DNA of 62,674 nt, counting the filler. It is 16 parts of 16 records of this genome, joined end to end, with 100 filler letters (N's around TTAATTAATTAA, not from the genome) between each part and the next. Parts side by side here need not be neighbours in the genome. Positions count along the whole stretch, not along the records: positions 31,958 to 35,921 come from SRR16133337_74795; positions 36,022 to 38,112 come from SRR16133337_75030; positions 38,213 to 40,247 come from SRR16133337_75081; positions 40,348 to 46,758 come from SRR16133337_75157; 12 more parts are not named here. One strand, given 5' to 3'. Position 1 is the stretch's first letter, and every line of letters starts with the position of its first letter. This document shows positions 32,645 to 42,369 of this stretch, in pieces. The notes beneath the pieces were generated by a model. The model worked only from the letters and a program-made list of their open reading frames with translations, searched no databases and was not told where the DNA came from. The position numbers and the translations under genes are program-made.

Positions 32645-33283
32645 TTATCTATGTATTACTTTTTTTTCATTTTGTTCTTTTTTTTGTTTTCGATCTTCAA
32701 TTCTTTTCTTTAAAGCCTCTTTCGCTTCTTCTTTTCTCAATTTTGCTTCTTGTTTTTCAATCTCTTTTTTTGTTTTTGTAATATAAGTAATTACTTTTTT
32801 GCTAATATCATATTTTGGATTGGCATGTAAAAGTATCAAATCACTAGATCTATCAAAAACAAAATCGTATCGTTTTTTTTGTATGATGGTTTGAATTGCA
32901 TTAAATACTTGGTCTTGTATGGGTTGTACTAATTGTTGTCTCATTTCAAATAAACTTCCTTCCACTCCAAAATAACGAGCTTGCATCTTTTTTAACTCGA
33001 TTTCTTTTATTTCAATGTCTTCTTGTTTTTCAATGATTAAATCTTCTGTTAACAATATTTTTTCATGATGCAAATCTGCTTTTAATTTTTCAATCTCTTT
33101 CTCAGATCTTTCTATATCTTGTCTCCATTTGGCTACTTTTGATTCTAGGTTTTTTTGAGCTTCAGCATAGGCAGGAATGTTTTCCAAAATATATTCCATA
33201 TCTATATAAGCAATCGTTTGCGACTTTTGTGCGTTTAAAAGACCACTTACAAAGAATACGAGTATGTATATATTTTTTACCAT
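32645..33283 (-). CDS. skp: OmpH/Skp family protein
   Basis: IAYIDMEYILENIP, LVQPIQDQVFNAI, YDFVFDRS; start placed at MVKNIY. Confidence 0.9.
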   Translation of the reverse strand: MVKNIYILVFFVSGLLNAQKSQTIAYIDMEYILENIPAYAEAQKNLESKVAKWRQDIERSEKEIEKLKADLHHEKILLTEDLIIEKQEDIEIKEIELKKMQARYFGVEGSLFEMRQQLVQPIQDQVFNAIQTIIQKKRYDFVFDRSSDLILLHANPKYDISKKVITYITKTKKEIEKQEAKLRKEEAKEALKKRIEDRKQKKEQNEKKVIHR

Positions 33284-33342
33284 GTGTGTTGTGTCTGAAA
33301 TAACCATGCCAAACTTTAGACTGACAAATATACTCAATCCAA

Positions 33343-35921
33343 TTAGAATTGTTTACCAATAATAAAATGTGTTTGCCAACCCGATTTTTCACTTCGCCCA
33401 GTTAGTGTATCAAATCCATGACCAAAATCGATCCCTAACAATCCAAATGCAGGCATGAAAATTCGGATTCCAAATCCTGCTGATTTTTTAACATGAAAAG
33501 GGTTAAAAGATTGAAAATTGTCATATGAATTTCCTGCTTCCATAAATCCTAAGGCATAAATAGAGGCAGAAGGTTTTAGGGTAATCGGGTATCTCAGTTC
33601 CATAGAAAATTTATTGTATATCGTTCCTCCATCGCTAGAAGACAATACCGAGTTTTCATAACCTCTTACTCCAACAACTTCTCTTCCGTCAAACTGAGTC
33701 TGTTGCAGTCCATCTCCGCCTACATAATACCTTTCAAAAGGAATGTCTTTTAACTCAGAATTGTAATTTCCTAAATAGCCAAATTCTGTGTTGGTCATCA
33801 AAACAAATTTTCCAATCAATGAGGTATACCATTTTGCTTTGTAGCTTAGTTTGTAATACTCTAACCATCTAAATTTTTCTTGATTTATTTTTCCTGTATT
33901 GGGAACCGTTGTTGAAACTCCGTTTATCATACTTTCTGTTTGGTAATTAGGATTCTTTTCTAAAGCTGAATAGTTGATTCCATTAAATAAAGAATAGGGC
34001 AAGGTAGATTTTGCTCCAATACTAATATCAGATCCTGTAGTTGGGAAAACTCTGCTTGGACCTGATGAATTTCTACCAAAAGTTATACTGTAAGATAAGT
34101 TGTTAGAGATACCCGTACCGTCTTCAAAATCTAACAACCCAATATTATATTGGTTGACGTCATACTGTTTAAAGCTGATGGCTTGACTTAAAGTAAAATA
34201 ATCATCTGGCCATTGCAATCTTTGTCCTAACCCTATGGTAATCCCTAGTATGTTTAGACGTCTGCTTTTATCTACGGTAAAGGTTGTATAATCATATTGG
34301 TATTGTTTTGAATTGTAAATAGAGAAGGAAAAGGATTTTGGTTTTTTACCGCCTAACCAGGGTTCAGAAAATGAAAAGCTATAGGTATTGTAATAACGAC
34401 TTGCTTGTAATCGCAAAGCCAAAGATTGTCCATCTCCCATGGGTAAGGGTTTGTATTCTTCTTTTTTCAGTAAATTCCGAATCGAAAAATTATTAAAAGA
34501 TAAACCTAAAGTACCTATAAAGGCTCCTCCACCATAACCTCCTTGCAATTCAATTTGACTTGCTCCTTTCTTAACAACCGAGTAATCGATGTCTACTGTT
34601 TTATCTGCATAATTTGGTTTCAAATCTGGAGTTACATTTTCTGGGTCAAAAAATCCTAATTGCGAAATTTCACGAATAGATCGAATGATATTTTCTTTGC
34701 TGTAAAGATCTCCAGGTCTTGTTCTTAATTCACGGTAGATTACATAATCGTTTGTTACTTCATTTCCAGATACGGATACTTTTCTAATGGTAGCAGGGGC
34801 ATCCTCATGAATACGAATTTCAACTGTAATAGAATCGTTGTCAACTTTTGTTTCAACAGCGTTTACTTGAGAAAACAAATAACCGCTATTTTGGTATAAA
34901 GAAGTGATGTCTTCAGAGTCGGGAGTATTGTCTCCCTTAACTCTTTCATTTAAGACCTTTGAATTGTAAATATCTCCTTTTTTAATTTTTAGGAAGCGTT
35001 GTAATTGTGCGGTTGTATAACTGCTATTTCCTAAAAATTTGATCTCTCTAAAATAATAACGTTTCCCTTCTTCTAAGGTAATGTCTAAATTGATTGTTTT
35101 GTTGTCTTTGTTCCAAGTGATACTATCCGAAATGATCCGTGCATCTCGATAACCTTGTTCACTGTATTTTTCGATAAGGTTGTCTAAATCTTCCTGATAT
35201 TTATCTTTGATATATTTTGAAGATTTCCAAAAACGACCCCAAAATTTTCTTTTGGTATTTTTTAAATACTTTCTCAATTTTTTATCAGATACTCTTTTAT
35301 TTCCCTGAAAGTTAATTTTTTTAATTTTTATTTTAGAACCTTTGTCTAAGTGAATTCGCAGATTCTTTGCATTGACCTCTGAGGTATCTTTTTGGGTACT
35401 CATATTTACTTTGGTTTTTAAGTAACCCTTATCGGTATATATTTTTTTGAAGTAATTTTTAGTCGTAACCAAAAGGTTGTCTGTAAGCATTTCTCCTTTT
35501 TTGAGCTCCGCTTCTGTTTTTAAGGATTTTGCTTTCGATTTGCTCACACCTGTAATTGAGACATTGTTTAGCTGTGGCAATTCAGTAACCTTAAATTCTA
35601 AGTAGGCAACATCTCCATCAATTTTTGCGAGGAATACCTCTACAGAGCTAAAACGTTTTGTACCGTATAATTTTTTAATCGCACTCGATAATTTATCGCC
35701 AGGAACCTTAATTTCCTGACCTACTCTTAATCCTGTATACACTTTTACAGATTGTTCACTAAATTGTTGTACTCCAACGACCGTAATTTCTCCTAAAGTG
35801 TATTTTTTTCCTTTTTCAAAAGAAGTAGATTTTGAAGAGGGTATTCTTTCCGTTTCTTGAGCAAAAGTAACTTCGCTTTGCAGTACTACCCCTAAAAAAA
35901 GAAATGCTAAGATCGGAAGAG
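33343..35921 (-). CDS. bamA: Outer membrane assembly factor BamA, 5'-truncated
   Basis: POTRA repeats, VRGY motif, C-terminal WQTHFIIGKQF; frame open to the contig end through a signal-peptide-like stretch. Confidence 0.96.
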
Positions 35922-36206
35922 NNNNNNNNNNNNNNNNNNNNNNNNNNNNNNNNNNNNNNNNNNNNTTAATTAATTAANNNNNNNNNNNNNNNNNNNNNNN
36001 NNNNNNNNNNNNNNNNNNNNNCGTAAAATTTTACACTCGCCAAAAAAATTTTCAATTTGTGAAAAACCTCAAAATTTTCCAGATTGTTGTAGTTTTCAAA
36101 ATTTGTGAACTTTTTGTATAAGTCACCGGCTTTTAGAAACATAAAATTTGCAAATACATATACATCACAGATCCAACATACTGACGTATAATAGAATAAT
36201 TATTAC

Positions 36207-37477
36207 CTGTCGATGGATGAATAAGAAGAATCTTTCGCGAAGTAGACCCCCGGTCCATGGACTGCGACTTGCGTGAATTCGCGAAGGAAACCATTTTTAC
36301 AAATTGATTCGATGTGTTCTGCAGCGGTTCCATGAAATACGCGCCTTGATGTCTAAATACGTACGTATTATGAAAGTTTTATTGAAGGAACTTATTTTCA
36401 TTGAAAAGTTGTTTTTTAACCACAGATTTACTTGAGAATTTTCTACGCATTGTTTTCCCCAGTGGCAACATTGGCAAAATGGGGGTGTAGCTTCGCAAGA
36501 TAAGCAGCATTTTTAGGCTTATTGGACATGAATTTTTTTTAAAATACATATAAATTAAATCGCTAAAAATTAAAATTGACAATGTGGGTGTCAATTTATT
36601 TTTACGGAGAAGCTCATTTGGAAAAGAAAACTAGCCCGACGCTAAATTTCTAAATTTGTAGGAATCGCAAGAGAACAGAACGGGCATTACAAAAGTAAGG
36701 TCATTCTCTGAATGAAATGTACTATGGGATAGTAGTCAAGTCATGAAGCCATAGAAAATCCTGGCATCAGCAGATTTATGGCCAACTTATGCGAAGAAGC
36801 AAGATTATATTGGATGGATAGTAGATAGATAGTACTTTTAAAATTTTCGAAGACCAACATACTTCTTTTTTGACTTCAACCATTCATTTTCTCATCCACA
36901 AATTTTAGTTCTAGTTTGAGTAAGAGTTGCTGCTATTAAAGGACATGTTGTGAGCTGATTATACTATACTATACTCATCTTGAAGAATTTGAAACACCCA
37001 ATCGAAAAGAAAACCATTTTTTGTGTGTTGTTTGTTTTCACTCTTTGAAAATCCACGAAAGTATTTGTTGATTTTTCACAACAACAAAAATTGTGTAAGG
37101 AAAAATTACTACAGGTTTATACGCAAAATCAGCGATATCAAATCAAATATCAACAGTTGTTGCAATAAATTTTTACTTGTGGTATTTTCGGACGCACAAA
37201 AGCGGACTTCAATAAATCTAGTGTGAGTTGTGTGGTACAAAAAAATCATGTATCATGTAACTAACCGAAGTTTTCATCATTTCATCAGTGACCTTTTCAA
37301 AATTCTTAAAGTGTCGATACAATAATGGATTCACCACTGCTTCAACTTTAACTATCTCAAAAAGAGCACTGTGAGTTGTATCAAATACCAATCGTTCAAT
37401 TTCTTTATATTCAATATCGTCTTTCGGAAGCTCACTTATCTCGAATTCCGTTGATTGGTTCCAATATCTTGGGAATT
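36207..37477 (-). CDS. Eukaryotic PARP-family ADP-ribosyltransferase catalytic domain, two exons (absent from the ORF track)
   Basis: Exons 37477-37266 and 36352-36207 splice in phase: FPRYWN...EYKEIE...IVKVEAVVNPLLY...|TSRRVFHGTAAEHIESICKNGFLREF...GPGVYFAKDSSYS. Confidence 0.85.
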
Positions 37478-38212
37478 CTAGTACACAACAAAGGAGACAA
37501 GATATTAGTCATGTAAATTTTGCATATCCTTTCGGGCCTCCGAATGTATTTCCGTGAGTACTTGCTCAATTTCCAAGCGTGCTGTTTTATTAAAAAGACG
37601 ACATCGAGTTCTGGTGATTTTTGAGATTTTTATTTTCCCAAATAGTTTTGAGCATATCAACGAGCATAAAAATGGATTTTCTATCTTCGCGAGTTTTAAT
37701 ATCCTGGCAATGTGCAGTACCTTGTTGGAAAACACTTGGATTTATTTTTCTTTTGCATCATACGCACTTTGAAAATGCTCATTAATATTGGGTGGGTGTG
37801 GGGTGTGGGGGGAAAAGAGTTTTTTTTAGTTATGGCGCAGCAATATCGCTGACATTTACTGTCATCTTTTGCGTGCGGTAGTGTCAAACATTGTATTAAA
37901 TGCCAGCGAATACACCCACATTTTTGTAGAATATTCTCAGAATAATCAATTTTTTTATAATTTCGTACTTCTGAGAAACGACACTCCTTTTTACAGACAG
38001 AAAAACAACGAAAAAGGATATTTTGTTTTCTATTGTACGTACAGTACAGTAAAAGTTCACTTAAGAGGCCCGCCTCTTAAACGAAATTGTTGTGAAAAAA
38101 AGTTGATGCGCCNNNNNNNNNNNNNNNNNNNNNNNNNNNNNNNNNNNNNNNNNNNNTTAATTAATTAANNNNNNNNNNNNNNNNNNNNNNNNNNNNNNNN
38201 NNNNNNNNNNNN

Positions 38213-38481
38213 GAAGGATTCAAACTGTACATCAAGAGACCAATCCAGAATACTGGCAGTTGATCCGCGAGTTTAAAAAACTTACCAATGTAGGGGTTGT
38301 GGTAAATACGAGTTTTAATGTAAGGGGAGAGCCTATTGTCTGCTCTCCAGACGATGCGTATAGATGTTTTATGCGTACAGAGATGGATGTTTTGGTTATT
38401 GGCAATTATGTTTTTAAAAAAGACCAACAGCCAAGTTTTAAGGATAAAGACAATTGGAAAGAAGAATTTAATTTAGATTGA
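38213..38481 (+). CDS. Carbamoyltransferase (NodU/CmcH/SxtI family), C-terminal fragment
   Basis: RIQTV...VNTSFNVRGEPIVCSPDDAYRCFMRTEMDVLV. Confidence 0.9.
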
Positions 38482-38487
38482 TTTACT

Positions 38488-39624
38488 ATGTGGAAAATGA
38501 TAAAATACAACCTGATTGTATTGACTGTACTTTTAATTTTAGTGGAAGCCGTCTTGTGGTTGTTTCCAGTACCCGATCCTTATGCTAAAGTCAAACAAAA
38601 GATGTTTGAGGATCATAGGTATATAAGATCTCAATTTGATAGAAATTTAAAACAAAAATTCGCTACGGAAGAGGGTTTATTAGGTTTTGATGCCTATCAA
38701 GAGGTTACAGATTTTACCACAAATAACTACGGGTTTAGAGGAGATGAATTGACGGATCCAAAACCGAACGACGAATATCGGATTTTTGCTATTGGAGGCA
38801 GTACGACTGAAAACTTATACGTCGATGACAAAGATGCTTGGCCGTATCTATTGCAACAAAAGTTGAATCGAGAGAAATATCAAAATAAAAATATAACGGT
38901 TTACAATGCAGGTAAATCAGGCGATCATATCCAAGATCACATTGCGATGTTATCGCATAGAATAATCCACTTACAACCAGATGAGGTAATTGTCTTTTGC
39001 GGTGTTAATGATGTCAATAAATTACTTCGAGATAGAAATCCTTTAAAATTTTACGATAATAATAAAATCAAAAGAATAGAAATATTTTTGAAAATATTAC
39101 GTGTCTCCTCAACTGAATTTCAAATTCCAAGGAGGTTGTATTATGTTTTTACGCATAAAAGTACGTTAGAAATAATCAGTATTGAATCAAATTATAAAGA
39201 AAACGTAGTCAAAATACAGTCAAAGCCAATTGAATATGACATTCCTTTAATAGATTATAAAAATTATGCCGATAAGCTAAAAACCTTTGTAGGGATTTGT
39301 AAAGCAAATGAGATTAAACTTACCTTTGTCACACAAATAACCACTTGGGATACTGAAGATAGATCTTTAAAAGATTGGCATTGGATGTCGTATTCTAAAG
39401 GAATCAGATACGATGTTATGGGTTTTCAACAAAAAATGGACAGTTTAAATCGAATCGCTATTAAAATAGCAACTCATTTTGAGGTTCCTGTATTCAACGC
39501 AGCTGATATTATCCCAAAAACAGGTGTTTATTTTTTTGATGATTGCCATTTTAATCCTGAAGGAAATAAAAAAATGGCTGATGAACTGTTTCATTTTTTA
39601 ATAACAAATAAAGAGAAAAAATAA
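38488..39624 (+). CDS. SGNH/GDSL hydrolase-fold membrane-anchored protein
   Basis: AIGGSTT, NAGKSG, CGVND, DDCHFNPEG blocks. Confidence 0.85.
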   Translation: MWKMIKYNLIVLTVLLILVEAVLWLFPVPDPYAKVKQKMFEDHRYIRSQFDRNLKQKFATEEGLLGFDAYQEVTDFTTNNYGFRGDELTDPKPNDEYRIFAIGGSTTENLYVDDKDAWPYLLQQKLNREKYQNKNITVYNAGKSGDHIQDHIAMLSHRIIHLQPDEVIVFCGVNDVNKLLRDRNPLKFYDNNKIKRIEIFLKILRVSSTEFQIPRRLYYVFTHKSTLEIISIESNYKENVVKIQSKPIEYDIPLIDYKNYADKLKTFVGICKANEIKLTFVTQITTWDTEDRSLKDWHWMSYSKGIRYDVMGFQQKMDSLNRIAIKIATHFEVPVFNAADIIPKTGVYFFDDCHFNPEGNKKMADELFHFLITNKEKK

Positions 39625-39625
39625 T

Positions 39626-39775
39626 ATGGAATTTTTAAAAGATTTATATAACTTTTTAAGAGAAAGAAAAAAGTTTTGGTTGATCCCTATGATCCTTGTT
39701 TTACTATTAGTAGGTGTTCTTTTAGTTTTAGGAGGTAGCTCTGCAGTTGCTCCATTTGTTTATACCTTATTTTAA
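39626..39775 (+). CDS. SxtK-like (DUF5989) small membrane protein, 49 aa (absent from the ORF track)
   Basis: MEFLKDLYNFLRERKKFWLIPMILVLLLVGVLLVLGGSSAVAPFVYTLF. Confidence 0.88.
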   Translation: MEFLKDLYNFLRERKKFWLIPMILVLLLVGVLLVLGGSSAVAPFVYTLF

Positions 39776-39783
39776 ACGTAGTG

Positions 39784-40143
39784 ATGAAAAAACAAGAAAA
39801 TTCAAAAGTTATTCTGGTCATTGTCGTAGGATTTTTATTACTTTCCTATCTATTCGATCAAAAAATACTAGTATCTATTGTTACAATCGTTGGGGTAGTC
39901 TCATTAATTTCAACTTTTGTAGAAAAATCAATCGTCTATCTTTGGGAGAAGATGGCTTTGGTGTTAGGTTGGGTAAATACAAGAATAATTCTAGCATTTA
40001 TCTTTTACGTCTTCTTAACTCCTCTTGCCTTGTTGGCAAGATTATTTTCTACCGATCATTTAAAACTGAAAAATAAGGACAGCACTACTTTTTTAGAAAG
40101 AAATCATTCTTATTCAAAAAAAGATTTAGAGAATAGTTGGTAG
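39784..40143 (+). CDS. SxtJ-family membrane protein
   Basis: W..MALVLGWVNTRIIL..IFY..LTP...D.L.L...R.H....DLEN; context with the carbamoyltransferase and DUF5989. Confidence 0.8.
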   Translation: MKKQENSKVILVIVVGFLLLSYLFDQKILVSIVTIVGVVSLISTFVEKSIVYLWEKMALVLGWVNTRIILAFIFYVFLTPLALLARLFSTDHLKLKNKDSTTFLERNHSYSKKDLENSW

Positions 40144-40377
40144 CCATTTATACTCCAGACAGTTCGCAACCTAAATTTTTCCAGATTTGAATATCTCTGT
40201 AAGAGAATTTTGTCCTTTGCGTTGGCAAGCTTCTCAAAAGTTACGGTNNNNNNNNNNNNNNNNNNNNNNNNNNNNNNNNNNNNNNNNNNNNTTAATTAAT
40301 TAANNNNNNNNNNNNNNNNNNNNNNNNNNNNNNNNNNNNNNNNNNNNCAAAAGCCTGTCTATAGAAATAGAAAATTT

Positions 40378-41954
40378 GTATCCGCTCAAAAAATACTGGC
40401 AAATAAAAATATATTGAATTTTTCCTAATAGAAATAACCATCAAATAGGGTTGATATTTTGTAATAAACCCTTTTATTTATAGTAGTTTTTTTCCTATAT
40501 TTACGTATGAAAAATCAAGAAATTTTTGATGAAATATCAAAATTAGATTTAGCCCATATAAAAGATAATTCTCTCAAGAACGTTTCTAGATTAATGCTCA
40601 ATCTAATTGAAGATTTGCAACAAGAAGTTTTAAAATTAAAAAAGGTAAATCAATCTCAACGAGACGAAATAAATAGGCTAAAAGGAGAACAAGGCAAGCC
40701 TACTATTAAGTCAAATACTAAATCTAAAGATTATTCTACAAAGGGTAAGGAGAATAAAAAGAAAAAACACCTTAAAAAAGGTAAGAAAGCACATATAAAG
40801 ATTGATCAGACAATAAAGATTAACCTAAACAAAGAAGATATGCCTAAGGATGTTGTTTTTAAATATTGGGACGATGTCATTACTCAAGATATTGTTTTTC
40901 AAGTAAAAAACAGTTGCTATAAACTTGCTGTTTATTACTCCCCATCTTTAGGTAAAACATTTAGAGCCAAAGCACCTCATGGAGCTTCTTATCATTCTAA
41001 TAATTTACAAAGTTTTATCATTACATTAAACAAAGTTCTGGATGTTACAGAAGCAAAGATTTTAATGCTCCTTAAGAGTATTGGTATTAAAATTTCTAAA
41101 GGTAGTTTATCTACTATTTTATTAAAGTATACCGCTATTGCCCAACAGGAAAAACAAGAAATTCTTAAAGCAGGTTTAACAAGTTCGTATGTTCAAACAG
41201 ATATTATTTTAAAAACTAATGAAGTAGTTACTTTAGGAGATTTTACAAATTTTATAAAACAGAAACTTCCTGATTTATACCAAAAGAAAAATATCTTTAT
41301 GAAAGTAAAATCTGCTTTAGCGATAGCATACTATAACTATCAAGACAAAATTCCAAAGGTGAGTTCTCTAGTGAGTGATAATGCTCCAGAGTACAATAAA
41401 ATATCTGTTAAACACCAGTCATTATGTTGGGTACACGATGCTAGATATTATAAAAAGCTAAACCCCATTTTAGAAATACATAAGAGATATCTGACTGATT
41501 TTATAAAACTATATTGGGCTTTTTATCATAAATTGTTGGATTATAAAAAAAGACCAAGCAAAGAATTGGCTCATAAGATAAGTATTGATTTTGATAAATT
41601 ATTCACCTCCAAAACAAACTATTTTCATCTAGACAAACTAATAGATAAAACTTTTAAAAACAAAGATAAATTACTCACCGTGTTAGTAAAACCAGAAATA
41701 CCATTACATAACAACCTTGCAGAATTGGGAGCAAGAAGAAAGGTTAGAAAAAGAGACATATCCTATCATACAATGTCTGATAAGGGAACTCTTTGCCCAG
41801 ATGCTTTTATGACCATAACACAAACCGCAATACAACTCAATGTCGATGTGTTTCAGTACATAAAGCAAATGATTAACAGAAAACAAGATAGAGTAACTCT
41901 TGCTGATTTAATACTGCTGAAAAATTAATATTCCATTGTTTTTTGAGCGGATAC
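40378..41954 (+). mobile_element. IS66-family insertion sequence, 1,577 bp
   Basis: 22-bp TIRs GTATCCGCTCAAAAAA(T/C)A(C/A)TGG at 40378-40399 and 41933-41954; no target duplication. Confidence 0.88.
40507..41928 (+). CDS. IS66-family transposase, probably internally deleted
   Basis: Leucine zipper RDEINRLKGEQGKP, LVSD.A..Y, LCWVHDARYYKK, PLHNNLAELGARRKVRKRDIS. Confidence 0.8.
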   Translation: MKNQEIFDEISKLDLAHIKDNSLKNVSRLMLNLIEDLQQEVLKLKKVNQSQRDEINRLKGEQGKPTIKSNTKSKDYSTKGKENKKKKHLKKGKKAHIKIDQTIKINLNKEDMPKDVVFKYWDDVITQDIVFQVKNSCYKLAVYYSPSLGKTFRAKAPHGASYHSNNLQSFIITLNKVLDVTEAKILMLLKSIGIKISKGSLSTILLKYTAIAQQEKQEILKAGLTSSYVQTDIILKTNEVVTLGDFTNFIKQKLPDLYQKKNIFMKVKSALAIAYYNYQDKIPKVSSLVSDNAPEYNKISVKHQSLCWVHDARYYKKLNPILEIHKRYLTDFIKLYWAFYHKLLDYKKRPSKELAHKISIDFDKLFTSKTNYFHLDKLIDKTFKNKDKLLTVLVKPEIPLHNNLAELGARRKVRKRDISYHTMSDKGTLCPDAFMTITQTAIQLNVDVFQYIKQMINRKQDRVTLADLILLKN

Positions 41955-42354
41955 GTTACATACACTTTCACTTTTGTTAATCAAAGAATTAGAATTTTTA
42001 TGTGGATATCCTTCAACTTCACTTAACGAAAGACTATTTGTTGATGAAGGTAGAATGCAAGGAGTACTGTTGTATACAATAGCAGGTGCAGAAGGTAGTT
42101 ATGGAGGATTAGTGTCACAAGCAACTGAAGAACGAACGTTGAGGTTGCTAAAGTCTGCAATTTACAGAGCTACGGATTGTGCTTCCGATCCAATATGTTA
42201 TAACACAGATGATGGTCAAGGTATAGGAGGATTAAATATGGCAGCTTGTTATAGTTGTACTTTAATCCCTGAAAATGCATGTGAAGAGTTTAATTCTTTT
42301 TTAGATAGATCATTATTAATAGATGAAGATTATGGTTTTTTAAAGGTTTGTTAA
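41955..42354 (+). pseudogene. drmB: DrmB-like DUF1998 domain, 5'-truncated by IS66
   Basis: LHTLSLLLIKELEFLCGYP..SL.ERL, EGSYGGL, CASDPIC, AACYSC.L.PE..CE.FN..LDR; frame begins at the IS end. Confidence 0.8.
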
Positions 42355-42369
42355 ATTAATATTTTGGAA

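Noticed and set aside
38213-40143. Saxitoxin biosynthesis
   Set aside because: Only sxtI/J/K-like genes, which are widespread; no sxtA, sxtG or other core genes visible
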